Source: Ignavibacteriota bacterium
GTDB lineage: Bacteria; Bacteroidota; Ignavibacteria; UBA10030; CAVZMI01
Direction: 5' to 3'
Assembly (NCBI GenBank): GCA_963776275.1
Contig: CAVZMI010000038.1
Location: 1 to 64,000, forward strand
Length of the DNA: 64,000 nt
In this document: positions 42,130-52,601 of the stretch, one piece after another
Layout: each line of letters opens with the position of its first letter
Position numbering within the stretch: position 1 is the first letter of the stretch
Program-made: the position numbers and the translations under genes
The notes under the pieces: model-generated
The model's input: the letters and a program-made list of their open reading frames with translations, nothing else
Database searches by the model: none
Told to the model about the DNA's origin: nothing

Positions 42130-44503
42130 AATCCTCCTCATATTTCTGGTTGCAAGTCTGGTAGTCCCGTACCGACTCATTGCTCAGCCAAAACAACCCG
42201 AGGTATATAAGATTCTGGGGATTTCGGTCGAAGGCAATTCGAGCGCGGAGCCTGCCGCGATTATCGGGAATTCGGGATTGAAAATCGGCGACGATCTTAC
42301 AATACCCGGGGATCAAACAACGCGAGCAATTCAGGCTCTCTGGCGGTTGAGAATTTTCTCCGATATCCAGATCGCTATCGAAAATAGGGTGAGTGCAGGT
42401 ATTTTCCTTGTTATTAAAGTGAAGGAATATCCACGCCTCGAACGGATAGACTACGTTGGTAATGATGAGCTCAACGCGGACGACCTGAACAAGAAGGTCA
42501 CTGTGATCAAAGGACAGCTCCTGACACCATCGGAGATCAACCGTATCGTCAAGGCTATGAAAAAAGCCTATGAAGAAGAAGGATATCTCCAGGTATCGAT
42601 TGTTCCAACTTTGACTGAAGCCCCCGATGCGAATGCTAATAAACGAAGCATCCTCCGGTTTACGATTGACGAAGGTCGCCAGCTGCGTGTCGGTGAAATC
42701 CGATTTACGGGGAATACAACGGTCAGCGCAAGTACGTTGAAAGGGGAAATGAAAGAAACATCCGAGAGGACATGGTGGAAATTCTGGAACAGTGCAAGAC
42801 TGGATAAGAAGAAATACGAAGACGACAAGAAATTAATCATCACCTACTATAAAAAGAATGGATATCGCGACGCGGAGATTCTCTCGGATTCAATATATTA
42901 TGATCCAGATGTCGACAATCTTGTAGTGCAAGTCAATCTCTATGAAGGTCCGCAATATTATATCCGTTCAATCGTATTTGAGGGAAGTACGATTTTTAAG
43001 GAAGAAGCATTGCTCGAAATTATCGGCATGAAAAAGGGGGATGTGTTGAACGGAGAGAAATTCCAAGAGAACCTTTATGGAAATCAAGAACAGACAGATG
43101 TCTTATCGGCATATCGCAACGCCGGGTATTTGCTGATTCGTCCTGATCTTCAACTGATGCGTGCTGCGGAGGATAGTCTTGATATCGTCATCCGATTTGT
43201 AGAAGGCAACCAATTCACCGTCCGATATGTCGAGGTGCAGGGGAATACCAAGACCAAAGACAAAGTGGTGCGACGCGAGTTGTATACACGGCCGGGAGAC
43301 AAATTCAGCCAGGCGGCAATTATGCGAAGCTTCCGGCAGCTTCAACAGCTCCAGTACTTCAATCCGGAGAAAATCAAGCCGGATTATAAATTGGTTGACG
43401 ATAAAACTGTCGACATTGTTTATGAGGTTGAGGAAAAATCAAGCGATACCTTCAATACTTCTATCGGATATAGTCAGGCCTGGGGACTGATGGGCTCATT
43501 CGGAATCACATTTAATAATTTTTCGCTTTCCGACCCGCTGGCAGGTGGAGGGGGACAAACACTCAACTTCGACTGGCAATTCGGCGAGGCAAGCCGGTAC
43601 CGGACATTCTCAATCAGCTTTACCGAACCCTGGTTGATGGATGTTCCGACGACACTTGGTGTATCGCTCTTCGATACACGGCAGAATTACGGATATGACT
43701 ATCGCATGACGGGTGCCTCGCTCCGAGTTGGTCGTCGTTTCCGCTGGCCCGATGATTATTTTCGCGGCGACTGGACATTCCGCTTTCAGCAATACGATGT
43801 TGTTCAAGGGCTCGGTCTCTACTCGACTGGCCAGTATAGTCAGTTCAGTCTCGGCCAGGTCATTCAGCGCAACAGCATCGATAATCCGATTTTCCCGACA
43901 ACGGGCTCGAGCATTGCTTTGAATATCGAAATCTCCGGAAAACCGCTTCCCGGCCGTGCATATTATCAAAAAGCGCAATTCAGCACGGCATGGTACACAC
44001 CCCTGTTCAACAGCCAGAAACTTGCATTCGCGCTCACGACGGACTGGGGAATCATCAATCGACCGTCGCTCGAGGCATTTGTTCCTCTGACGGAAGTATT
44101 TTATATGGGTGGAACGGGTCTCGGGTATTATAACACTACACCGTTGCGCGGTTATGACGATCGAATTATCGGACCGAGAAGCAGCCTCGGAGCAGAGCTT
44201 GGCGGGTTGGCGATGGTTAAGTACACTGCCGAAATAAGGTATAATGTTTCGCTTAGTCCGATTCCAATTTACCTTCTTGTTTTTGCCGAAGCGGGAAATG
44301 TGTGGAAAGATTTTCAATCAATCGATCCATTCCAGCTTTATCGTTCGGCGGGTTTCGGAGCGCGACTCATGATCAATCCAATCGGGATGGTCGGCTTTGA
44401 CTATGGATTCGGATTTGACGATGCTTCCGGTGGAACGAACGGTCTTCCTGATGGCAACCGGGATGGCTGGAAGTTCCATTTCCAATTCGGAAGAGGATTC
44501 TAG
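42113..44503 (+). CDS. bamA: Outer membrane protein assembly factor BamA
   Basis: POTRA repeats, GNTKTKDKVVRREL, LRGY, terminal FQFGRGF. Confidence 0.96.
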   Translation: MPYVSKILLIFLVASLVVPYRLIAQPKQPEVYKILGISVEGNSSAEPAAIIGNSGLKIGDDLTIPGDQTTRAIQALWRLRIFSDIQIAIENRVSAGIFLVIKVKEYPRLERIDYVGNDELNADDLNKKVTVIKGQLLTPSEINRIVKAMKKAYEEEGYLQVSIVPTLTEAPDANANKRSILRFTIDEGRQLRVGEIRFTGNTTVSASTLKGEMKETSERTWWKFWNSARLDKKKYEDDKKLIITYYKKNGYRDAEILSDSIYYDPDVDNLVVQVNLYEGPQYYIRSIVFEGSTIFKEEALLEIIGMKKGDVLNGEKFQENLYGNQEQTDVLSAYRNAGYLLIRPDLQLMRAAEDSLDIVIRFVEGNQFTVRYVEVQGNTKTKDKVVRRELYTRPGDKFSQAAIMRSFRQLQQLQYFNPEKIKPDYKLVDDKTVDIVYEVEEKSSDTFNTSIGYSQAWGLMGSFGITFNNFSLSDPLAGGGGQTLNFDWQFGEASRYRTFSISFTEPWLMDVPTTLGVSLFDTRQNYGYDYRMTGASLRVGRRFRWPDDYFRGDWTFRFQQYDVVQGLGLYSTGQYSQFSLGQVIQRNSIDNPIFPTTGSSIALNIEISGKPLPGRAYYQKAQFSTAWYTPLFNSQKLAFALTTDWGIINRPSLEAFVPLTEVFYMGGTGLGYYNTTPLRGYDDRIIGPRSSLGAELGGLAMVKYTAEIRYNVSLSPIPIYLLVFAEAGNVWKDFQSIDPFQLYRSAGFGARLMINPIGMVGFDYGFGFDDASGGTNGLPDGNRDGWKFHFQFGRGF

Positions 44504-44525
44504 TCTGTTTGGATGGCTGGGAAAT

Positions 44526-44696
44526 TGTGAATTGTGAGTTGTGAATGGTGAGTGTTTAGAAGAGCCGGGACTATGAAAGATACAAAAAAAGACACATGGA
44601 AAATTTTTTACACGCAATAATCACAACACATAATTCGCTACAAAATATTTCGCTATTTATACATTCACAAATCAAAATTCACAATTCATAATTTAC
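44526..44696. repeat. Inverted heptamer-repeat arms
   Basis: TGTGAAT TGTGAGT TGTGAAT GGTGAGT vs ATTCACA...ATTCACA ATTCATA. Confidence 0.65.
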
Positions 44697-44707
44697 AAGA
44701 GGGAAAC

Positions 44708-45242
44708 GTGAAGACAGCACATTGGTTAATCATTGGTATGCTGATCTGCCTCGTGGCAGTCGGCGGAAAAACTTTTTCACAGCAAAAATCCGGCTTTGTA
44801 AATTCTCAGACAATTCTTAATGAATTGCCAGAGGCTCAGGAAGCGCAAAAGAAGCTTAATGCGATTGTTCAGGCCGTCCAGGATACGCTGGAAAAAATGC
44901 AGAAAGATTTTCAAACGAAATACGAAGATTATCAAAAGAAGCAGGCGATGATGACCGATGCGGCAAAAAAAGAACAGGAACAGAAGCTTGTTGAGCAGGA
45001 CCGAACAGATCAAACAATTCCAGCAGGTGAAATTCAGTCAGACCGGCGAAATTGCGCAGCAGCGTGAAAAGATATTTGCTCCGGTTCGCGAAAAGATTGT
45101 GAAGGCGATTCAATCGGTTGCAAAGGAAGAAAAAATGGTTTTTGTATTTGATAAGACTCCTGAAGGTTCGATGGTTTTGTATGCAGAACCGACCTTAGAT
45201 CTCACATACAAAGTTTTAGATCGTATGAAAAGAGGTAAGTAA
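44708..45242 (+). CDS. skp: OmpH/Skp chaperone, frameshift near 45000
   Basis: KSGFVNSQTILNELPEAQ in one frame; FVFDK...YAEPTLDLTYKVL in another. Confidence 0.88.
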
Positions 45243-45290
45243 TTTTTATTGAGTTTCAGTGTATCATTCTATTTTTCGAAGGATGTAACA

Positions 45291-45857
45291 ATGAAAGCGA
45301 CTTTTCCCCGGGTCATTCCCGTACTCTCGAGCAATAGGCTTACGAGTTTTTGGCTTGCCATGCTCTGTGTATTCTGTATCTTACCGATACTCGTTCACGC
45401 GCAGGTGAAAATTGGTTACATCGATAGCGAAGCAATCATGAAGAAACTTCCGGAAGCACAGGATGCGCAGAAAACGCTTGACCAAATAGTATCAGGGTGG
45501 CAGGATGAACTAAACAAAATGCAGTCACAATGGCAGAAGAAGTTTGAAGAATATGATCGGCGTAAACTGATCATGAGCGACCAGAGCCGGGCGACAGCCG
45601 AACGGGAATTAATGGATCTTGAGAAAAAAGTCAGCGATTTCCGCACACAAAAGTTCGGTCCGAATGGAGAGATGCTTGCGAAACAGACCGAGATGATGAA
45701 GCCTGTTCAGGATAAAGTGTTCAAAGCTATCCAGGATGTTGCAATCGCCGAGAACTGTGACTATGTGTTCGATAAAAGCGGTCAGATTCTTCTCCTCTAT
45801 GCTAATGATAAATATGACCTGACCTCAAAAGTACTTGCCAAACTTAACGTCAAGTAA
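45291..45857 (+). CDS. skp: OmpH/Skp chaperone
   Basis: KIGYIDSEAI, DYVFDKSG, KYDLT. Confidence 0.93.
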   Translation: MKATFPRVIPVLSSNRLTSFWLAMLCVFCILPILVHAQVKIGYIDSEAIMKKLPEAQDAQKTLDQIVSGWQDELNKMQSQWQKKFEEYDRRKLIMSDQSRATAERELMDLEKKVSDFRTQKFGPNGEMLAKQTEMMKPVQDKVFKAIQDVAIAENCDYVFDKSGQILLLYANDKYDLTSKVLAKLNVK

Positions 45858-45870
45858 AACTGATTGCCAT

Positions 45871-46932
45871 ATGAATCTCCGTGACATCGCTGTGCTCCTA
45901 GAAGGTGAACTTGTCGGGAACGGGGAAACCGAGATAGTCAACGTCATGAAGATCGAAGAGGCAGTCGAGGGAACAATAACTTTTCTCGCGAATTCCCGCT
46001 ATCAGAAATTTCTCGATACAACGGGCGCGTCGGCTGTCATTATCCAAAAATCTGTGGATATAGCAACCATAAAACGCCCGGTTCCGTTCTCCTATATCAA
46101 AGTCGCCGATCCGTATTTTTCGTTTCTCCGGCTGCTCGTTCATTTTCACCCGCCGGCGCCGCCGCTCGCCCCGGGGATTCATTCGACGGCCGTCATTGCA
46201 CCGTCAGCAGAAATCGGGAAGGACGCTGCCATCGGCGCGTATGTCGTGATCGGTGAACGATGCCGGATCGGTGAAGGAACGATCATACTTCATGGGACTG
46301 TCATCGGGGATGACGTAACCATCGGTTCACAGACCCTGCTCTATGCCAATATTTCAATACGGGAAGGTTGCCACATTGGGAGTCGCGTCATTATTCACCC
46401 GGGTACCGTAGTCGGAAGCGATGGGTTCGGATTTGCTCCCCGGCCCGATGGAACATATGAAAAAATTCCCCAGATGGGAATTGTTGTAATCGAAGACAAC
46501 GTCGAGATCGGCGCAAATTGTACACTCGATCGTGCAACGATGGGCGAAACGCGCGTCAAACGTGGGACAAAACTTGATAATCTCATTCAAGTGGCGCACA
46601 ATGTTGTCATCGGTGAGAATACAGTCATGGCGGCACAGTCCGGGATTTCCGGAAGCACAAAGATCGGTAAAAACGTGATGGTAGGAGGACAGGTGGGATT
46701 TACAGGTCATCTCGATATAGCCGACCGGACATTTGTCGGTGCACAATCCGGCATAGCGAAATCGATTCCAGAAGCAGGTAAATCTTTTTTTGGATCTCCG
46801 GCAAAAGAAAAAATGGTCGCAGCCCGTATCGAGGGTTCGCTGCGCAATCTTCCTGAGGCACTCAAGCAGATCGCAGAGCTTGAAAAAAGAATCGCATCGC
46901 TCGAAGAGAAATTGAAAAATAAAAAAGAATAG
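45871..46932 (+). CDS. lpxD: UDP-3-O-acylglucosamine N-acyltransferase
   Basis: GSDGFGF, KIPQMG, EIGANCTLDR, KLDNLIQVAHN hexapeptide repeats. Confidence 0.97.
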   Translation: MNLRDIAVLLEGELVGNGETEIVNVMKIEEAVEGTITFLANSRYQKFLDTTGASAVIIQKSVDIATIKRPVPFSYIKVADPYFSFLRLLVHFHPPAPPLAPGIHSTAVIAPSAEIGKDAAIGAYVVIGERCRIGEGTIILHGTVIGDDVTIGSQTLLYANISIREGCHIGSRVIIHPGTVVGSDGFGFAPRPDGTYEKIPQMGIVVIEDNVEIGANCTLDRATMGETRVKRGTKLDNLIQVAHNVVIGENTVMAAQSGISGSTKIGKNVMVGGQVGFTGHLDIADRTFVGAQSGIAKSIPEAGKSFFGSPAKEKMVAARIEGSLRNLPEALKQIAELEKRIASLEEKLKNKKE

Positions 46933-46942
46933 CTTTTATAAA

Positions 46943-47064
46943 CTCCGTGTCCTCTTCTTTCCCCTTTGTGTACTCTGTGGTAATATTTTTAACATAGATA
47001 AAAAGAAAACCACGGAGGACACAGAGATGTTTTTAAAATAGCTTTCAGGGGCGAGGACACAGAG
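46943..47064. repeat. CTCTGTG/CACAGAG inverted repeat family
   Basis: CTCCGTGTCCTC..CTCTGTGG vs CCACGGAGGACACAGAG; related copy at ~51096-51220. Confidence 0.65.
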
Positions 47065-47112
47065 TAGGAGTAGCTTCTGATTTTTTAATAATTAACAAAC
47101 GGAAGGACCCCG

Positions 47113-48528
47113 ATGCTTGTACAGCAACAAACAATCAAAGCGCCCGTCTCATATTCCGGAGTCGGCCTTCATACCGGTAATCAGTGCACTATGCGGTTTA
47201 TTCCCGCACCCGAAAATTACGGCATTCGATTTAAACGAATCGATGTAGGAGGAACACCAGAAATTCCGGCCGATATCGACCATGTTGTCGATATTGCTCG
47301 CGGTACGACGCTAGCCGTTGGCGATATCCGTGTTCATACCGTCGAACATGTTCTTGCCGCGCTTGCCGGATTGCAGATCGATAACGTGATGATCGAACTC
47401 GGTAACAGCGAGCCGCCCGTTGGTGACGGAAGCTCGCTGCCTTATGTTGAGGCGCTCCTTAGTGTCGGACTCGAACGCCAGGATGCACCAAAAGATTTCC
47501 TCGTGATCGATGAGACGATTCAATATTCCGATGAAAACCGTGGTGTCGAGATTGTTGCCCTGCCCACCGACGATTACCGGATCACGGTGATGGTTGATTA
47601 TCACAATCCGGCTTTGGGGAGCCAGCATACGGGTCTTTTTAATCTTGAAAAAGAATTTGTCAAGGATTTCGCACCGGCACGAACATTCTGTTTCCTTCAC
47701 GAGGTCGAGCTGCTCCGCGAAGCGGGATTAATCAGGGGAGGAAATCTCGATAATGCCGTTGTGATCGTCGATCGGGAGCTTTCTGACGAAGAAATCAAGA
47801 CATTATCGGTGAAACTCGGCATCGAACAGGCTGTCATCCTTGGAACGAATGGTATTCTTAATAATAAATCGCTTCGATTCAAGAACGAGCCGGCACGACA
47901 CAAACTGCTCGACATGATGGGCGATCTCGCACTTATCGGAGTACCGCTCAAAGCGCAAATCCTCGCTGCGCGGCCCGGTCATGCCGCCAACATCGAGTTC
48001 GTACGGAAAATTCGTAAGCTCTATCAGCAGAAAAAACTTGTTAAGAAATACCAGCATGAGAAAATAGAGGGAGTGGTGTTCGATGTTAATGCAATCAAGC
48101 GAATACTCCCACACCGGTATCCGTTTCTTCTCATTGATAAAATCATCGAGTTTGTTCTCGACGAAAAGGTTGTCGGTGTAAAGAATATCACGGCCAACGA
48201 GCCGTTCTTTGAGGGCCATTTCCCCGGTCAACCGGTGATGCCGGGTGTTCTTATCATCGAAGCCATGGCACAGACCGGTGGAATTTTGCTGCTGAATGGT
48301 TTGGAGAATCCGGGTTCGAAGCTGGCGTTTTTCCTGGGTATCAATAATGCAAAATTCCGGAAGCCGGTTCTCCCGGGCGATACGCTGGTGCTGGAACTGC
48401 AAATGGTCAGCAAGCGGTCAAGGATATCAATCATGACCGGCAAAGCCTATGTCGATGGCACGCTCGTTGCCGAAGCGGAGCTTTCGGCCATGATCACTGA
48501 TCGGAATATTCCGGCTGAACAGATGTAA
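47113..48528 (+). CDS. lpxC: Bifunctional LpxC-FabZ
   Basis: GVGLHTG, TVEHVL, ARTF, HKLLD (LpxC); LPHRYPFLL, GHFPGQPVMPGVLIIEAMAQ (FabZ). Confidence 0.97.
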   Translation: MLVQQQTIKAPVSYSGVGLHTGNQCTMRFIPAPENYGIRFKRIDVGGTPEIPADIDHVVDIARGTTLAVGDIRVHTVEHVLAALAGLQIDNVMIELGNSEPPVGDGSSLPYVEALLSVGLERQDAPKDFLVIDETIQYSDENRGVEIVALPTDDYRITVMVDYHNPALGSQHTGLFNLEKEFVKDFAPARTFCFLHEVELLREAGLIRGGNLDNAVVIVDRELSDEEIKTLSVKLGIEQAVILGTNGILNNKSLRFKNEPARHKLLDMMGDLALIGVPLKAQILAARPGHAANIEFVRKIRKLYQQKKLVKKYQHEKIEGVVFDVNAIKRILPHRYPFLLIDKIIEFVLDEKVVGVKNITANEPFFEGHFPGQPVMPGVLIIEAMAQTGGILLLNGLENPGSKLAFFLGINNAKFRKPVLPGDTLVLELQMVSKRSRISIMTGKAYVDGTLVAEAELSAMITDRNIPAEQM

Positions 48529-48686
48529 GAAAAAGGATAAGAAAGAGGAAAAGGTAAAGGTTAAGATAGAGATCAAGAAATAGTCCCGAAGGCCTACGGC
48601 CCGTAGGGGACACCGTATTTATAGAAGTACCGACCGTATGAGGTCAAAATTACATAACAAAAGACGAAAGAAAAACAAGTTCATTT

Positions 48687-49496
48687 ATGCCTCTTACAAT
48701 CGATTCTCATGCAATCATCAGCCCGAAGGCCGTTCTTGGTGATAATGTCGCTGTCGGGCCTTTTACCGTCGTTGAAGATGATGTAGTTATTGGAAACAAT
48801 ACAGTGATTGCACGGCATGCATTGATCTCTTCAGGTTCACGGATCGGGAATGACTGCATTATTCATCACGGTGCCGCAATCGGAGGTCCGCCGCAGGATT
48901 TGAAATATAAAAATGAAAAAACGGAATTAATCATCGGCGACCGTACCATCATCCGCGAGTTCACAACGCTGCATCGTGGAACAACCGCGCACTGGAAAAC
49001 AGTCATCGGCAGCGATACGTTTATCATGGCCTATGCTCACGTCTCCCATGACAGCTCAATAGGAAGTCATTGCATCATCGCAGGTTCGGTGACGATGGGC
49101 GGACACGTAGAGGTCGAAGACTGGGCAATCGTAGGAGGATTGACGGCCATTCACCAGTTTATTAAAATCGGCGGACATGCAATGGTCGGCGGTAATACAG
49201 GAGTAGGAAAAGATGTCCCACCCTACGTAATGGCTGCGAATGAACCATTCCGGTACGAAGGTTTAAATATTATCGGACTGAGACGAAGAGGATTTCAGAG
49301 TGATATTATCGACGCCCTGAAAGCTGCCTACGGAATTTTGTATTCCGGTAAGTATAATGTCTCTGTAGCAGTCGAACATATCAGGCAGGAAGTTCCCCAG
49401 ATTCCGGAAGTTCTCAATGTCATAGAATTTATCACACAAAAAAGTACGCGTGGAATCGTCCCCGGTCCGTGGATGGCACACGCTGCAGGTTCATGA
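48687..49496 (+). CDS. lpxA: UDP-N-acetylglucosamine O-acyltransferase
   Basis: PQDLKY, IREFTTLHRGT, HVSHD, HQF, DVPPY, GLNIIGLRRRG. Confidence 0.97.
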   Translation: MPLTIDSHAIISPKAVLGDNVAVGPFTVVEDDVVIGNNTVIARHALISSGSRIGNDCIIHHGAAIGGPPQDLKYKNEKTELIIGDRTIIREFTTLHRGTTAHWKTVIGSDTFIMAYAHVSHDSSIGSHCIIAGSVTMGGHVEVEDWAIVGGLTAIHQFIKIGGHAMVGGNTGVGKDVPPYVMAANEPFRYEGLNIIGLRRRGFQSDIIDALKAAYGILYSGKYNVSVAVEHIRQEVPQIPEVLNVIEFITQKSTRGIVPGPWMAHAAGS

Positions 49497-50269
49497 TCTG
49501 GCAATTCCTCAATACTGGAGCACAGAACGGGCAGTCCAATATGGATATTGATATGGAGCTTGCCCGCAGGCTTCAACAGCGGCTGGGGAACCAAACACTC
49601 CGCCTCTACAGTTGGCGACCATATGCGATTTCTCTCGGGTTCAATCAACGCATCGATGATATTGATGTCGGTGCATGCGCGGCCGCGGGTATCGGTATAG
49701 TCCGTCGGCCCACAGGAGGGCGCGCTATTCTCCATGGAGAAGAACTGACCTACAGCGTGGTGATGTATTCCGAAGGAAGAAATACTATGAAGGCATATCA
49801 CGATATTGGAACGGCTCTTATTCGTGGTTTGCAGAAACTCCATCCTGAAATTCATATGGGGCAGCTTCAGCCCGATTTCCCCGCCCTCTATCGCCAACCT
49901 TCTTCTGTGCCCTGTTTCAGCAGTACTGCCCGTTACGAGATACAATATCACGGAAAGAAATTGGTCGGCAGTGCACAGCGGCGTTTCACGGTCGTATCTC
50001 GACAGAGTCGGGACGAGCCGGAAATCATTCTTCAGCACGGGTCGATTCTAATCGGACCCGAACATCGCCGTCTGGCAGAATTCATTCGACCGGGAAGAAC
50101 GACAACCGAAAGCATCCGGCAAACAATTATCGATAGAACGACCGAACTTTCGACTATTCTTCAAAGACGGGTTTCGTTTGATGAGGTTGCAGAAGTAGTC
50201 AGGAATGGATTTGAGGAAGAATGGAATATAGCTTTTGAACATTCAACAACAGAAAGTGTGACGGTATGA
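49493..50269 (+). CDS. Lipoate-protein ligase / LipM-like octanoyltransferase
   Basis: NMDID, LRLYSW, VRRPTGGRAILH, CF, KKLVGSAQ, LQHGS. Confidence 0.9.
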   Translation: MIWQFLNTGAQNGQSNMDIDMELARRLQQRLGNQTLRLYSWRPYAISLGFNQRIDDIDVGACAAAGIGIVRRPTGGRAILHGEELTYSVVMYSEGRNTMKAYHDIGTALIRGLQKLHPEIHMGQLQPDFPALYRQPSSVPCFSSTARYEIQYHGKKLVGSAQRRFTVVSRQSRDEPEIILQHGSILIGPEHRRLAEFIRPGRTTTESIRQTIIDRTTELSTILQRRVSFDEVAEVVRNGFEEEWNIAFEHSTTESVTV

Positions 50270-51081
50270 ATGCTCCGGGTAAGTATAAAAAGATTACCTC
50301 GAAAACAATTCGAGAGATGAAGAAACAGGGAGAAAAAATCGTTGCGCTGACCGCATACGATTTTCTTCTTGCTAGGTTACTCGATAAGAGCGGGATCGAT
50401 ATTGTGCTCGTAGGCGACTCGCTCTCTAATGTTTTTCAGGGCAACGAAACGACATTGCCAGTAACGGTTGATGAAATGATCTATCATACAAAAGCAGTGC
50501 GGCGCGGAGTGCACCGAGCGATGGTCGTCGTCGACATGCCATTCCTCTCATATCAGATTAATGAAGAAGAGGCGCTGCGGAATTGCGGAAGGGTACTCAA
50601 AGAGAGCGGTGCCGAGGCGGTGAAAATCGAGGGCGGTAATGTTATCGCATCGGTTGTGAAACGGCTTGTTGCAGCTGGAATCCCGGTGATGGGACATCTG
50701 GGACTTACACCGCAGTCGATTCACGTCTTTGGAGGGTATGATCTTCAGGCGCGGAATTCTGAGGCGGCTGTGGAGCTATTGGACGATGCGCACGCGCTTC
50801 AGGATGCCGGTGCATTTGCGATCGTTCTTGAAAAAATCCCTGCGAAAGTTGCGATCGATGTATCGCGCTCGCTTGAAATACCTACCATTGGAATCGGTGC
50901 CGGTGCCGGATGCGACGGCCAGGTGCTGGTAACATATGATATGCTCGGATTGAACGAAGAATTCCGTCCGAAATTCGTCCGCCACTATATCGAGGGTTCG
51001 AAATTGTTCTCCGATGCCTTCGAACGGTTTATCAATGATGTTAAGAAAGGCAAGTACCCCTCGGAAAGCGAAAGCTACTAG
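50266..51081 (+). CDS. panB: 3-methyl-2-oxobutanoate hydroxymethyltransferase
   Basis: LTAYD, LVGDS, DMPF, KIEGG, GHLGLTPQS, TIGIGAG.CDGQVL. Confidence 0.98.
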   Translation: MNAPGKYKKITSKTIREMKKQGEKIVALTAYDFLLARLLDKSGIDIVLVGDSLSNVFQGNETTLPVTVDEMIYHTKAVRRGVHRAMVVVDMPFLSYQINEEEALRNCGRVLKESGAEAVKIEGGNVIASVVKRLVAAGIPVMGHLGLTPQSIHVFGGYDLQARNSEAAVELLDDAHALQDAGAFAIVLEKIPAKVAIDVSRSLEIPTIGIGAGAGCDGQVLVTYDMLGLNEEFRPKFVRHYIEGSKLFSDAFERFINDVKKGKYPSESESY

Positions 51082-51332
51082 CTAATGTGCCCCCACTCTG
51101 TGTCCTTATAAATCGGATTTTAGATCTCTGTGAACTCCGTGGTTATATTTTATCAATGGGAAAATATAAACCCAGAGCCTACAGAGTACTCTAAAAACAA
51201 TCGTAAACGAGGGCACAGAGTATTATCCTTCACTGTAGACCCTACATCAAGTTTGAAGAATTTACAAGGATAAATATCCCCATCTTTATCTAATAATAGA
51301 AAGACTATTTTCCCATCCTGTAACATATTAAT

Positions 51333-51394
51333 AATCAATAACTTATAGCTTTTCAAAGAACCAGACTTCTCTTTTTCTCTGGCACGTTCTTAGC
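51333..51394 (+). promoter_or_regulatory. Putative sigma54 promoter with upstream IHF site
   Basis: AATCAATAACTTA (IHF consensus, 51333-51345) and TGGCACGTTCTTAGC (-24/-12, 51380-51394). Confidence 0.6.
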
Positions 51395-51433
51395 GTATAT
51401 ATATTCCAGAAATCTGGAAAAGGAGCGACGAAC

Positions 51434-52234
51434 ATGAAAACGACAGGGAACATGCAGGAGAAGATGGGAAAAAACATGATGCGCATGTTGGTGGGTGTTT
51501 TCTTTGTCATGCTTGTCGGTGGGACGGCAAGCTTAATGGGTGGGAGAGGAAGCGATCTCTACGCGCCGGAATTCCGGACTCTACGTGAAGAGCTGGCGGA
51601 AGGCGGAAACGTCGCTCGTGCAATCCGGATTTACAGAATGTTTGTGAAGGTCGACGATGAAGATCTCTTTGCACATTATGAATTGGGGAACGCTTATATA
51701 TACGCAGGGGAATATGCAAAAGCCGAGGGTGAATATCGTCGTGCTATTAGTCTCGATCCGAAATTTAGTCCTGCATATGCGGGGTTGGGAAATGCGCTGG
51801 TGATGAGGAGCAAAGCAGAGGAAGCGCAGAGAGTGTACGAGCAATCCATCGAGATCTCGAAAAATGAACTGAGAACAAGTGTAACTCTGTGGACGATGGT
51901 TGCTCAAACTGGCAGCATTGAAGTAGCGATCAGGGCATTCAAATACAAACTCGAGAGCAAAGGACAACTGGGTAGTTCCTATCTCGGGCTCGGGATTGCC
52001 CAGGCTGCCAGTCGGATGAATCAGGACGCGATTCGGTCATTTCAAATGGCACTTCGGTATTCCCCTTCGCTCTATCAGGCATATGTTCAGTTAGGAAAAG
52101 TGTACGAATCGATGGGAGAGCATACAAAAGCTCTTGCATTGTTTGCCAAGGCCTCAAAACTCGATCAATCTACGAAAAATGCTCGGTATACTCCATATAC
52201 TGCACCGGTAACACTTTTAGCGTCAGCCAGATAG
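51434..52234 (+). CDS. Tetratricopeptide repeat protein, exported
   Basis: AHYELGNAY, AYAGLGNAL, AYVQLGKVY TPRs; hydrophobic N-terminus; AGGAG RBS. Confidence 0.85.
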   Translation: MKTTGNMQEKMGKNMMRMLVGVFFVMLVGGTASLMGGRGSDLYAPEFRTLREELAEGGNVARAIRIYRMFVKVDDEDLFAHYELGNAYIYAGEYAKAEGEYRRAISLDPKFSPAYAGLGNALVMRSKAEEAQRVYEQSIEISKNELRTSVTLWTMVAQTGSIEVAIRAFKYKLESKGQLGSSYLGLGIAQAASRMNQDAIRSFQMALRYSPSLYQAYVQLGKVYESMGEHTKALALFAKASKLDQSTKNARYTPYTAPVTLLASAR

Positions 52235-52259
52235 GTATTCATTAGTCCTCCTCATTTAG

Positions 52260-52296
52260 AGCGCACCTCGAATGGAATCGAGCGTGCGCTTTTTTT
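52260..52296 (+). terminator. Intrinsic terminator
   Basis: AGCGCACCTCGA-loop-TCGAGCGTGCGCT then T run. Confidence 0.8.
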
Positions 52297-52300
52297 ATCC

Positions 52301-52390
52301 AGTCACGGAGTGACGGTAGCAAATAATCCACGACGGAATTCGTGGGGATATCTAAAGCCACATCACTCAAAGAGCCACGGAGTGGCGAAA
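52301..52390. repeat. REP/MITE-like element
   Basis: AGTCACGGAGTGACG and AGCCACGGAGTGGCG hairpins flanking CCACGA..TCGTGG. Confidence 0.55.
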
Positions 52391-52601
52391 GAACTTAGAA
52401 GCTGTAAACCCTTCAAAAGCTTTGAAAAATCTATAAGAATTGCATACTTCTCAGAATCCCTCAGAATTTCTCCCTTTTAAATGTCTCCATATCGCACTTG
52501 TTTTCAATGGCTTAGGTGATGATCAGGAATGATAGCTCCCGGATGAACCTGGCATGCTATTGGAACCTTTTTTGATAGTAATAAGTGGGAGGAAACAGTA
52601 C

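Noticed and set aside
47113-48528. LpxC-FabZ fusion as a novelty
   Set aside because: Well known in Bacteroidota/Chlorobi
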